Below are positions 9,691-19,428 of a stretch of DNA of 64,000 bases, in pieces (position 1 is the first letter of the stretch; the number at the start of each line of letters is the position of its first letter). The notes beneath the pieces were generated by a model. That model made no database searches. It was not told the DNA's origin and was given only the letters and a program-made list of their open reading frames with translations. Location of the stretch: assembly GCA_050011875.1 (NCBI GenBank), contig JBEKIG010000004.1, forward strand, positions 196,028 to 260,027, read 5' to 3'. Both the position numbers and the translations under genes were made by a program. This stretch comes from Nitrososphaeria archaeon (GTDB lineage Archaea; Thermoproteota; Nitrososphaeria; JACIWG01).

Positions 9691-9919
9691 ATTCTTTGAA
9701 TATCAAATTTGAAATTAACTATTACATTAATGCTTAAACCTATAAGAACAATTTTTAGAATAAACTTGATAGACTATATAAAATCTTTTTGAAATTCATT
9801 CTTTTTATGTTCTTGGCAAAAGCTAACAAACCAAGATTGTTTAAGTATCTTTACTACTTTTTGGAGGGGTAATTCCTACTCTATTTTTTATGTGTAGATT
9901 ATTATAATTTTTTATCAGC

Positions 9920-10189
9920 AAAAGATGTAATAGGGACTCGAACCCATTTAGGTATGAATCGCGCCTGGTCCACTCGATTGTTGGTATTACCTGAACCAGT
10001 TTAAGGCCTCGGCACCAGGGTGTTAACTGCTAAATAGTGTAGATTAGGGGTTTAAAGAGGGTTTAAACCGCTTGTCTTCCTGAGCTTGGAGTTATTTTAA
10101 CAGGATTTCCACCTTAATTAATTGGGGAATCGAACAAGGTAAGCTTGATCCAGCATCTATAGTAAGTACACACAGCAGACTGTTTACAT
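9920..10189 (-). ncRNA. Candidate structured non-coding element, copy 1 (conserved core 9976-10189)
   Basis: About 92% identical to 59337-59551, with several hairpins and no conserved ORF. The repeat is certain; RNA status is inferred. Confidence 0.6.
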
Positions 10190-10259
10190 TCTGGTTTGAA
10201 TATCAACCTAATGTAGTTCAACTTTTTGTAAAAGACCGTAATGATGTTCTAAACCTAAG

Positions 10260-10541
10260 GTGAGAAACAGAACTAAAATTGTAATTGTTGTTGTTATTGT
10301 CCTACTCGTAGCTGTATATTATTCTCTAAGCACGTTTGAAATTAGTACTGTAGACTCCAACCCAACAGGGAGGTACTATGAACTGTCTGTTTATGATGGA
10401 CAGGCACAGATAGCTTACGTTTCAGTCATATTGTCTAAACAAGTCTATAGAAACAATGCTTTGAAGATAGCTAATGGGTTGCTGGAAGATGGTGCGCGTT
10501 TTGCAGTTGGAATCGATGGCTTTGACAGTAAAATCAATTGA
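10260..10541 (+). CDS. Small secreted/membrane-anchored hypothetical protein
   Basis: Basic N-terminus followed by a hydrophobic stretch; 93 aa. Confidence 0.6.
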   Translation: MRNRTKIVIVVVIVLLVAVYYSLSTFEISTVDSNPTGRYYELSVYDGQAQIAYVSVILSKQVYRNNALKIANGLLEDGARFAVGIDGFDSKIN

Positions 10542-10560
10542 ATAAAGACAGTTCTGGCGA

Positions 10561-10905
10561 TTATGCTATGTAAGATACCATGTTCTGAAATTTTGGGCAC
10601 CAATTTGAGAATTCGCATACATCCTTAATTTTACAGAAAGTAAGGTCATTCGAATACATCGAATCATAGTTCTTACACTGGTTCCAAGGCTCTATCACTC
10701 CTATTCCATAAAAACAGAGCCTCAGCCTAGACAACTTCTTTAAAGAGATAGGCTCCTTAGTTTCCCAGTCCCATGCCGGAATCTTAACTACTCTATCTTG
10801 GAACCTTATTTCAATGAACTCGCCTGCCTTTAAAATCTTTCTTGCATCAATTGGCACCTTCACCGACGCCATAGCCCATTTTTTGCATGACCGACAACAC
10901 TTCAA
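10561..10905 (-). CDS. Cys-rich hypothetical protein
   Basis: CCRSC at the N-terminus and several C-terminal Cys residues; 114 aa. Confidence 0.6.
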   Translation of the reverse strand: MKCCRSCKKWAMASVKVPIDARKILKAGEFIEIRFQDRVVKIPAWDWETKEPISLKKLSRLRLCFYGIGVIEPWNQCKNYDSMYSNDLTFCKIKDVCEFSNWCPKFQNMVSYIA

Positions 10906-11080
10906 CTAGGATCACATCTAAACTCCTAATAGTGTGTAAGACAAAGATAAAATCCTTTTTGCAGTTAATATAAATCCGTTCAGAATAGTTCAGACACTTG
11001 AATAGAATATATTTGAATATGGAGAGTAACTCCTTTCCTAGACTTGCTTCCGTTGCTTTTTAACTACATCATATAAATAT

Positions 11081-12643
11081 TCAGTGAGACTGACTTTGGA
11101 CATCCACATCCTTTCTTATCCTGCTCTTTTCGATATCCAAACCATTCCATGTTATTGAATAGCCCAGAGCTTCGATTACCTGGTACGGTTCTTTTATGTT
11201 GTTTGCTTCAACAGCCTCCAACGCTTCAGAGAGCTTCTCTATCCCCATTAGACTAGTTTCTATTTTTTTTAGAACTGAGTCGGATATGAAGTAGTCACCA
11301 ACCCTCTTGTAGCCTTCGAAGGTTAGGGTTGAAAGAACCTTCCTGGCAGATTCGACACTAATCGAATTACCTCCTGCTATGTCTTCTATTTTTACTATAT
11401 CACCTGCCAATTTGATGTCCCTAAGCTTTGATGCATGAGACTCGTTTTCGATAACACCTTTCTCGCGCTCCTTTAAGTGTTCTATTATAGGCTTGATCGA
11501 CACATCATCCTTATAGTATACGACTTGGATTTTTAGGTCGCGGAGTCTAGAGCACGCGTACTTTTCATTCACTGCGACAATTAAGTCGACATCTTCCACC
11601 GTTTCAAGCTTTGCGATCTTTCTTTCAAGATAGTCTGGGGTCCAGAATCCAACGATCTCCAAGTACACCTTCATATTGTATTTCGTAAACCTGAAGTCAG
11701 GTATCAGCACATGTCTGCCCACAGGCAGAGGTTCAGGCTCTCTTTCGAGCACCCATCCGGAGCCGTAAGCGTTGAAGGTTTTGGCAAATCGTTCTTCAAC
11801 ACTGCTATCATATGTCTGTTTGGATGGTGTGTCTTCTGATCCAGTGCTCTCGATCAACCCCTTCATCTCATCGCTGGTAAGTTTGAATGTGTAGATTCTG
11901 TCTTTGTTCCTTCCCAGTACATCAGCTTTAATCCTCCAATAGCCCGATTCGATCACCGTTAGTAGAAGTTTCGCCAGCGCTGTTCCATATCTGTCGGTCA
12001 TTTTAAAGAGCGAAAGTGGGCCGTCGACAGTTACCTTATAACTATCGTCCTCACGTTCGACCGCATACATTAAGCCCAACCATTTAATAGATCTGAAGAT
12101 GCTCTTCCAATTTCCTGAAACTGTGAACTCCAGCTTTAGGGATCTAAAGAGCATTGTCTGCGTTATTGAAAGGTTGTAAGACTTCAACAACGCATCCGGC
12201 GATATTGGACTGAAGTCCTTTAGGATCAGTTCTTCTTCGACGTCGGAATATAGTACTTTTTCAAGAGCTTCAGCATGTATGCCAAGCTTCGCTGAGACTT
12301 CTTGGATAACTCTCCCCCTTTGCTCAACGTCCACTACTCTGACGTCGCTTGCCTTTTGGAACACCATCATCCTGGCTTCTGCGGGATCGATAGGCGCATC
12401 GGATTTAAACACACTTCGCCTTTCGAGAAGAGCGAACAACCCTCTTACGAACCTGTAATCGAAGCCTTCATCTTCAAGGGTTCTCAGCTTTTCCATCATC
12501 TCTCCCTTCCTTCTACCCACATTGTTTCTAAAGACTTCAATAACCCGTCCAGCGAAGTTCAAGTCGCCTTCTTCCAAATGCGCGTATACGGGGTTAACCT
12601 GCCCATGTGAAACTCTAACCCTTAGAAGGTCATATGCAAGCGT
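11081..12643 (-). CDS. bax1: Bax1 / DUF790 family endonuclease
   Basis: IPDF...YLEIVGFWTPDYL PD-(D/E)xK motif, and located downstream of XPB. The frame extends to an ACG at 12643 (xLAYDLLRVRV). Confidence 0.9.
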   Translation of the reverse strand, partial: TLAYDLLRVRVSHGQVNPVYAHLEEGDLNFAGRVIEVFRNNVGRRKGEMMEKLRTLEDEGFDYRFVRGLFALLERRSVFKSDAPIDPAEARMMVFQKASDVRVVDVEQRGRVIQEVSAKLGIHAEALEKVLYSDVEEELILKDFSPISPDALLKSYNLSITQTMLFRSLKLEFTVSGNWKSIFRSIKWLGLMYAVEREDDSYKVTVDGPLSLFKMTDRYGTALAKLLLTVIESGYWRIKADVLGRNKDRIYTFKLTSDEMKGLIESTGSEDTPSKQTYDSSVEERFAKTFNAYGSGWVLEREPEPLPVGRHVLIPDFRFTKYNMKVYLEIVGFWTPDYLERKIAKLETVEDVDLIVAVNEKYACSRLRDLKIQVVYYKDDVSIKPIIEHLKEREKGVIENESHASKLRDIKLAGDIVKIEDIAGGNSISVESARKVLSTLTFEGYKRVGDYFISDSVLKKIETSLMGIEKLSEALEAVEANNIKEPYQVIEALGYSITWNGLDIEKSRIRKDVDVQSQSH

Positions 12644-12662
12644 TATCCATCACCACTCAGTC

Positions 12663-14018
12663 TTAATCCTCCGTCATTCTGCTCCGTTTTCTTCTCCAAC
12701 TGGTCCGTGTTTCTGATGTCCCACTCGACACGATTTCTATCAGTTTGGCTTTTTTCCCTTCCCTCTTCCTCAGTAGTCTACCTAACCTCTGTATGAATTC
12801 TCTCGCGCTACCTGTGCCGCTTACTATGATCCCAAGGGACGCTTCAGGTACATCTATTCCCTCATCCAACACCTTAGAGGTTACTACCGCCCTGAACCTT
12901 CCATCTTTGAAACGCTTCAGTATTTCATGTCTCTCTTCTTTGTCAGACATATATGTTATGTAAGGGATAAGGAAACGCTTTGATATACGGTACACTAGGT
13001 CGTTATGTTGTGTGAAGATGAGTGTTCTGTCTTCAGGGTTTGATCTCAGTATATCCTCCAAGGCTTTGATCTTAGATTCTGAGTTGAGGGCTATGTCCTG
13101 CGCTCGATTTCTAGCGAGTAGCGCCTGTCTAGCGTTTCTGTCTCTCGCCGTAAGCATGATAAACTTCCTAAATTCATCAGGCGAAGTGATTCTTATCTTC
13201 CCACTTGATAGGTAGTCAGAGAACACCCTCCAGTTCCTTCCATATTCTTCCTTCTCTTCATCTGTAAGTTCAACGCTTATTCTATGGAGAGTATACGTTG
13301 AGAGATACCTTCCTGTAAGATCTTCCGGCTTTCTCCTGTACACGACGCCTCCCGTTAACCTCGGCAGCTCTTTATGGAGCATGTCCTCCCTTTCATAGGT
13401 CGCCGTCAAGCCCATCCTATAAGGAGCTGTGAACATTTCCGCGATCAACCTGTAACCTTCAGCCGCTAAATGGTGAACTTCATCAAAAATAATGAGGCTG
13501 AACCTGTTGCCTATCTCACCCGCCTTAAGATATGCGGAGTCGTAGGTGGAAACCGTTAGAGAGCCAATCCGAGTGTCTCCTCCTCCGTAAACTCCAATTT
13601 CGATCCCGAATTCCGCTTCAAGCCTGCTTCTCCACTGCTCTACCAGATCTAGAGTTGGCACGATAACTATTGACGACTGGTCAACGAGTTCGATGGCCTT
13701 GATGGCTATGACAGTTTTTCCAGAACCCGTAGGAAGCACTATTATCCCCTTCCTCCCACCTTTATCCCAAGCTTCCAACGCATCTTCTTGATAGTCCCTT
13801 AAGTGGATCCCGCTTCTCAAGTTCGGCGATGGCACAAGGTTTTGGACGGTGTCGCTAAAAGTCATCCTACTGTTCCTAAGATATTCGACTATTTCTTGAT
13901 AATATAGCGCTTGAGCCCTAAAAGCTCTAACTCTGTCGTCCCATACGGCGTACGGTATTCTAACATCCCCTCTGACCAGTATGCTACCTCTATCAAAGGA
14001 TAGGACCACAGGCTGCAA
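12663..14018 (-). CDS. xpb: XPB-family SF2 DNA repair helicase
   Basis: LPTGSGKT, DEVHH, GLTAT and QRLGRLLR motifs. Start is probably TTG 14018 or GTG 14009 rather than 14105. Confidence 0.92.
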   Translation of the reverse strand: MQPVVLSFDRGSILVRGDVRIPYAVWDDRVRAFRAQALYYQEIVEYLRNSRMTFSDTVQNLVPSPNLRSGIHLRDYQEDALEAWDKGGRKGIIVLPTGSGKTVIAIKAIELVDQSSIVIVPTLDLVEQWRSRLEAEFGIEIGVYGGGDTRIGSLTVSTYDSAYLKAGEIGNRFSLIIFDEVHHLAAEGYRLIAEMFTAPYRMGLTATYEREDMLHKELPRLTGGVVYRRKPEDLTGRYLSTYTLHRISVELTDEEKEEYGRNWRVFSDYLSSGKIRITSPDEFRKFIMLTARDRNARQALLARNRAQDIALNSESKIKALEDILRSNPEDRTLIFTQHNDLVYRISKRFLIPYITYMSDKEERHEILKRFKDGRFRAVVTSKVLDEGIDVPEASLGIIVSGTGSAREFIQRLGRLLRKREGKKAKLIEIVSSGTSETRTSWRRKRSRMTED

Positions 14019-14256
14019 CGGTAAACCACAAGCCATCCGGTGTTCGGCGTTTACAGCGTATAAAGTTATATAAACAATCGGAATGAATTCACTTAATCTG
14101 TACATTCATTGCGCCATATCAAGAGAGAATGTCGAAAAAGATCTGGCAAAAAACAAGTTTGGAAAGATGCAGATTAAGGGAATGTTAACGGAATTGCACC
14201 AGCTTGTTCTAATAACGCATCTTTAGACGAGTATATCACAAAGCATTTGCTGGGCT

Positions 14257-15117
14257 TTAGGTTCTTACATTTTTGTTAACTAGGTAGATGCCAAATAAAA
14301 CCACAGCAACACCAATTATCTGATACAGGTTAACGGTTTCATTAAGTAAAAACGCTCCTGCGATAAAGGCTATTACAGGAATCAGTAGACTCGACGAAGA
14401 TACAGTTGTTGCATCCTCATTCTTAATAAGGTAGAACCATAGGAAGAATACTAATACGGTTGATAGGACTGTCGCATAAACTATTGATAACAAATAAGTT
14501 GGCTCATATATGAAGCTGATTCCACCTGTGGCAAGCGCCAGAGGAAGCACTATAAAGGAGCCGACTGCGACCCCTGAGAAGCTGATCCAGTAAGGGTGAA
14601 CTGAGCTAGAAATCAGTTTATAATAGACTATCGACACAGCCCAGAGGAACGCTCCAATCAACAGAAAAAGAAAAGATTCTAAAGTTCCACTTCCTAATTC
14701 CTCCAGATAGATGATTCCTATCCCAACAAATCCCAGCAGAACGCCTACGATCTTCACTTTCGTAATCTCATTTTTAAGGAACATCGCTGATAAGACAAAG
14801 ACGAATAATGGCTGTGTGTAGGTGACAATAGCACTTATGCCTGAACCCTCAACCTGCAGCGCTAACATCATGAAAACCATACTAAACGAGTAAATAGCGG
14901 ATTGTAGTATAACATTTATGATGTTTCTAGAGTCTCTATGAAATCCGTTCTTGATAAAAAAAAGAAACGGAACCATCATAAAGGCTGAAAAGAAGAATCT
15001 CTGAAAAAGATAGTTCATTGAGCTCGTATAGCTGAGTCCTATCTTCATGTTAGCCCAGTTAAAACCCCATATTATTGCAACAACCAAAATAATGATCAAA
15101 TCCTTTCGATTCTTCAA
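14257..15117 (-). CDS. EamA/DMT family transporter
   Basis: 10 TM segments in two EamA repeats (IIWGFNW, YTQPLFV, LNE). Confidence 0.9.
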   Translation of the reverse strand: MKNRKDLIIILVVAIIWGFNWANMKIGLSYTSSMNYLFQRFFFSAFMMVPFLFFIKNGFHRDSRNIINVILQSAIYSFSMVFMMLALQVEGSGISAIVTYTQPLFVFVLSAMFLKNEITKVKIVGVLLGFVGIGIIYLEELGSGTLESFLFLLIGAFLWAVSIVYYKLISSSVHPYWISFSGVAVGSFIVLPLALATGGISFIYEPTYLLSIVYATVLSTVLVFFLWFYLIKNEDATTVSSSSLLIPVIAFIAGAFLLNETVNLYQIIGVAVVLFGIYLVNKNVRT

Positions 15118-15434
15118 GCTCTTTTATCTCTGGATATGACCGACTGAAGAGCCCTTTATTAAAACGTATTCATAAAGATTTATTGGACTCCGTACATATG
15201 AACTGTATACATCAAGATCACAGATCTTGAACCATCCTATTCCAGACATCAATTTACACTCCTAATGTTCTAATCATTCTCGAATATGTGGTCTGGAGAT
15301 GAACGACCCCGAAACGAACTTATATATTACTGGTCTTTTGATTGAGATATGACAAATTTGTTAAAGCAACAAAGACTTATTGCGAATTATAAGGTTCGCT
15401 TTATTGAAATCTTAATTGCCTATGGTGAATCTTA

Positions 15435-16181
15435 ATGGCTAAATTGGACATTCTTATGCAGGGTTCAGGTTTTAGGACAAACCTTGTGTCACTTGGAATC
15501 TGCACCATCGCTCTTATACGCGATAGAGGCAACATACTCGTCGACACAGGGCACTTTGGAAACAGAAGGCAGATCATCGATGCTTTAAAACGTTTAAATC
15601 TTGCACCCTCAGACATTGACAAAGTAATACTCACCCACTCACACTGGGACCATAGTTTAAACGTCGAACTCTTCAGAAACGCAACTGTCTTCATAAACTC
15701 TAAGGAATTGTCCTATGTACGTTCAGTCAAGGGGGACGACTGGGCGACTTCCATCAGCTTAGGTATGATTTTGGAAAAAATGAAGACTGAGATATTGGAG
15801 GGCGACAAAGATCTTTCAAATGATGTCGGGGTAATAGAGTCTCCAGGTCACTCTCAAGGACACCAAGCAGTCTTTGTAAGAACTGATGGAGGAACCGTTC
15901 TCCTCACAGGAGATGCGATGCCTACTCTAAGATCCTATATCAGGGGCCTACCGGACTACATCGCGACCACAGAAGATGAAGCTAGGCGAAGTATCGCTAA
16001 GCTGAAGGCTTTCAAACCCTCTACGTACTACCCTGGCCACGACAGGCCATTCCGCATTGACGGAGAGAAGCCTGAATACCTTTCTCATTCAGAAATTAAG
16101 GTCATCTTCAGGAGGGAGACAGAAGAGAACTTTGGAATAGTCCTTGGAACAGAGGCTGCTGATAAGCCTGAGAAGGTTTAA
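15435..16181 (+). CDS. Metallo-beta-lactamase fold hydrolase (lactonase-like)
   Basis: THSHWDH, PGHSQGH, GDA and PGHD motifs. Confidence 0.9.
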   Translation: MAKLDILMQGSGFRTNLVSLGICTIALIRDRGNILVDTGHFGNRRQIIDALKRLNLAPSDIDKVILTHSHWDHSLNVELFRNATVFINSKELSYVRSVKGDDWATSISLGMILEKMKTEILEGDKDLSNDVGVIESPGHSQGHQAVFVRTDGGTVLLTGDAMPTLRSYIRGLPDYIATTEDEARRSIAKLKAFKPSTYYPGHDRPFRIDGEKPEYLSHSEIKVIFRRETEENFGIVLGTEAADKPEKV

Positions 16182-16655
16182 TGGAGATGCAATTGGCAAA
16201 CGGCACTTAAAATTATATGCCGGATTCGATCTACACTTTCCGATTTGAATTTACAAGGATTTACATCGGTTACTAGCAGAGCTTTTAAATCACTAATAAT
16301 TGTGCTTGCTTTCTTGTTCACAAAATCTCTACAATGGAGGCACAGATATTAGCTAGCCCAGCTAGTGTAGCAGAATCTTTTACAATTAATTCAATAAAAA
16401 AAGCAGCCATATGTGGAAACCGATCAAGTAGACTTATCACATAAACCGTAAAGATACGCAAGATGATTCTAACCTCTACTATTAACTTACACCTTGTAAA
16501 GACTTCACGATAGTAAGCCTGATTTTCCAACCCAATGCAATAGGCCAGCAAAGACGAGTGTAATTGGGTTTCACAAACACGTTGCAAATGTGCTAATATC
16601 TCCTTAACAGGCCAGTAAAAGTTCATAAACATCTCATAGAAAAGAGATTCTGTTC

Positions 16656-17510
16656 ATGTCATACCAGCCTAGCATAAGATCACCCCGTGGTCCACGACGT
16701 GGAATGTCGCGACGTGAGAAGACCGAGGCCAAGACTAAGAGAAAGAAACATCGATCTAGCGGTAGCAAAATGTGGGAGGAGAATCAAGCAACGACCTCAG
16801 AAGAGGTTATAGACAGAACTCTTAACATGATACACAGTCTAGGAAGACAGAAATTTGGACTACCACCTTTTAGCGATCACTTTAGCCGCTGGCTTATTAA
16901 TCTAAGAGGCATCGTATCCGAGTTTGAGTCAAGTAAAGCAAGTGTGGATGATCAATTCTTGAAAGAAAGTTCTCAAATACTCTCGAATATTGAGCTTGAA
17001 CTCGAAAAAGGAAGGCAGCAGGAAGCTTCTTGTCGGGAGGTCATCAAAAATCTCTCGAACTACAGGATTCTTCTTGAACAAATCAAAGAAGAGTATGCCA
17101 CCAAGGCCAAAGAGATAGAGGGGCGGAAAGAGAGTCAAATCAAACGTTTATCCAGCAATATAGACGATTTAAGAGAAGAACTGACCTACATTTCTCGATT
17201 GAAAACTGGCATCTTCAGAGCTCTCACGGTTAAAGCTAAGGCGCAAAAAGAGGCGGAAGCGACTCAGAGACTTAATTCAGCTGAAAAGGAGCTAGAATCA
17301 GCTGTGAAAAATTTTTCTTTAGAGCAAAAAAACCTATTAGACGAATACGAAAAAAGGAAACAGCCAATTATCGAACAGATACAAAACCAAGAGAAGGAGA
17401 TCGAAAACCAAGAGGTTGACAGCTCAATAGAAGCTAGAGGAATCGCATGCGAAGCTCTTGTAAATACAGTGAACGCACTTGTTCAGAGAAAAAGATCAAT
17501 GGTTCATTAA
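16656..17510 (+). CDS. Coiled-coil hypothetical protein
   Basis: 284 aa with E/K/Q-rich heptads and a basic N-terminus. Confidence 0.75.
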   Translation: MSYQPSIRSPRGPRRGMSRREKTEAKTKRKKHRSSGSKMWEENQATTSEEVIDRTLNMIHSLGRQKFGLPPFSDHFSRWLINLRGIVSEFESSKASVDDQFLKESSQILSNIELELEKGRQQEASCREVIKNLSNYRILLEQIKEEYATKAKEIEGRKESQIKRLSSNIDDLREELTYISRLKTGIFRALTVKAKAQKEAEATQRLNSAEKELESAVKNFSLEQKNLLDEYEKRKQPIIEQIQNQEKEIENQEVDSSIEARGIACEALVNTVNALVQRKRSMVH

Positions 17511-17669
17511 ACTGTCCCTCAAGAAGATGTTCTCTCGCAGTCATAGGAAAGAGAAGTTGAACTTGCATCAAATTGATGCATCGTTCACGTTGCATGCCCT
17601 CTTGCAATCCCATAAAAAAAGGGTTTAAAAAAAAAGGTTTAAATATAATTTTTCCCGATGCCATAAATT

Positions 17670-18761
17670 ATGCTTTGCCCTAAATGTGGTACTCAGCTTC
17701 CAGATAATGCGACCTTCTGCATGAAATGTGGAGCCCAAGTTGGCGCGACTGAACAGCCAAATCAGGCACAACCTGGTGCAACTGAGCAGCCAAAGCAGGA
17801 ACAACCCTCGATGGCACCGATATTGGCGCCTTATGGGGCTACGGTCCTAAATTGCCCCAGTTGTGGTGCCCCAATTTCACCAAAATTCGGTGAGATGGTC
17901 ATAACTTGCGAGTACTGCGGAAGCGGCATTACTTTGGGAACTCAGGGATGGACTGGCATACAAAAGCAGACAATGCTTACTCTGAAAATTGCCAGCGTTG
18001 ACGAAGTGAATTCCATAATCAACCCAATGATGGACAAGGGTCTTCTACATAGACACCTCCAAGAGAACTCTACCCAAGAGGAAATGAACCTCTCATACGT
18101 ACCTTACTGGATCGTAAGTGTCTCCGCACGCACCACTGTAGTCGCCCAAAATGTTGCCGCGCAAGTTGGACAAACTGCTACGACCGCCGCACTGATGGGC
18201 GTCATATTGGGAGGGATGGGTGGCGGGTTTGGAGGCGGAGGAAGAGCAGGCCGCAGATTCGCTTTAGGATACGAAGGAATAGGAATAACTGGCTTGTTCA
18301 GCGGGGGTTTCAGGTTGGTTCGAAACATGGCCTTCGGAATGGGAATGGGATACGGTGGCGGGGGAATAAGGAAAACCGAGCAGTTGGACGCGAACTACAA
18401 CTTTCCTGTGGTTGCACTAAAAGCGCTCACGGAATATCAGCCACGGGACTATCAATTTGCTCTCGAAGGCAGAACTCTGTTTGACATCACAAAGTTGCCC
18501 AAGAACATCAAGATCCTTAACGGAGACATCAGCGAAGACGTTGCGAAGTCCCAGGCAAAGACCCTAGTTGATCAGCTGCAATCAGAGAAGGCGCACGCAA
18601 AATATCACATGATCCAACAACTAGATACACAGTCGGACGTCGGGGACGTAGAGTTACTCCATGTTCCAATATGGTTCGTGAGGTACGATCACAAGGGAAA
18701 GAAGATTGCGCTGGTCATTGATGCAAACTCCGGCTACGTGATCAACAGCCTCGGTCTCTGA
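17670..18761 (+). CDS. Double zinc-ribbon protein with Gly-rich insert
   Basis: CPKCG..FCMKCG and CPSCG..CEYCG; YVPYW and HVPIW motifs. Confidence 0.85.
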   Translation: MLCPKCGTQLPDNATFCMKCGAQVGATEQPNQAQPGATEQPKQEQPSMAPILAPYGATVLNCPSCGAPISPKFGEMVITCEYCGSGITLGTQGWTGIQKQTMLTLKIASVDEVNSIINPMMDKGLLHRHLQENSTQEEMNLSYVPYWIVSVSARTTVVAQNVAAQVGQTATTAALMGVILGGMGGGFGGGGRAGRRFALGYEGIGITGLFSGGFRLVRNMAFGMGMGYGGGGIRKTEQLDANYNFPVVALKALTEYQPRDYQFALEGRTLFDITKLPKNIKILNGDISEDVAKSQAKTLVDQLQSEKAHAKYHMIQQLDTQSDVGDVELLHVPIWFVRYDHKGKKIALVIDANSGYVINSLGL

Positions 18762-18945
18762 AGGCGAAGACAAATCTAGAGATATTGATAGCCGTACCTT
18801 AAAGCAAATCTTCAAGGACCTATCTAGCGCGCTAGTTTCATATAATGTAATGAATAGATACATGTTCCGATAAAATCGTCTATGATCCAATCTCTAACTT
18901 ACATTAATATTACCCTAATACAGAGTATATTATAGGATATAGTTA

Positions 18946-19338
18946 TTAAGACCTCTCGATTAGTTCAATAAGCGTTCCATCAGGATCTTCTATGAATGCT
19001 ATAACAGAACCTCCTGGACCAAGCCTAAAGGGTTCGTCGGTTATCGTAACCTTTCCATTTCTCAACATATCAATAGTTTTTTTCATATCCTTAACGTCAA
19101 AAGCAATGTGATCAAATAGACGGTCTTCGTAATCGGCTTGAATAAAATTCTTCTGTCCCTTATAAAAGGTAAGCTCAAGGCTTGCTCCCTTCCCTTCCGG
19201 ATCCTGTAAGAACGCGACCTCAGCATTATTCTGCGGGATCTCCCTCCGTCTTATGAGTTTTAGGCCCATCATTTTAGTGTAGAAGTCTATAGATCTATCC
19301 ATATTTCTTGTTCGGACGCTAGTGTGAACAAAAATCAT
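18946..19338 (-). CDS. VOC family / lactoylglutathione lyase-like protein
   Basis: HTSVR, LELTF, DHIAFDV and DPDGTLIELIE motifs. Confidence 0.9.
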   Translation of the reverse strand: MIFVHTSVRTRNMDRSIDFYTKMMGLKLIRRREIPQNNAEVAFLQDPEGKGASLELTFYKGQKNFIQADYEDRLFDHIAFDVKDMKKTIDMLRNGKVTITDEPFRLGPGGSVIAFIEDPDGTLIELIERS

Positions 19339-19428
19339 AACTCTTCACCGCTTAACATATCTATCTTTTGAATATAAATTATCGCTACACATTTTATGTT
19401 GATAGCCGATGATTAAAAGTTCCTGTTT

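Larger units (their letters stand above)
7336..11080. mobile_element. AT-rich accessory island 1 (boundaries approximate)
   Basis: Low coding density, visibly AT-rich, with short orphan ORFs, repeats and a TBP remnant. No recombinase seen. Confidence 0.5.

Noticed and set aside
9925-9990. Intact tRNA gene on the minus strand (GGGTTCGAGTCCC)
   Set aside because: The T-stem is only 3 bp and no proper anticodon arm or 7-bp acceptor stem can be drawn. Kept only as a tRNA-like motif.
16318-16632. 104-aa minus-strand ORF
   Set aside because: No recognisable motif and very little room for a promoter opposite the next gene.
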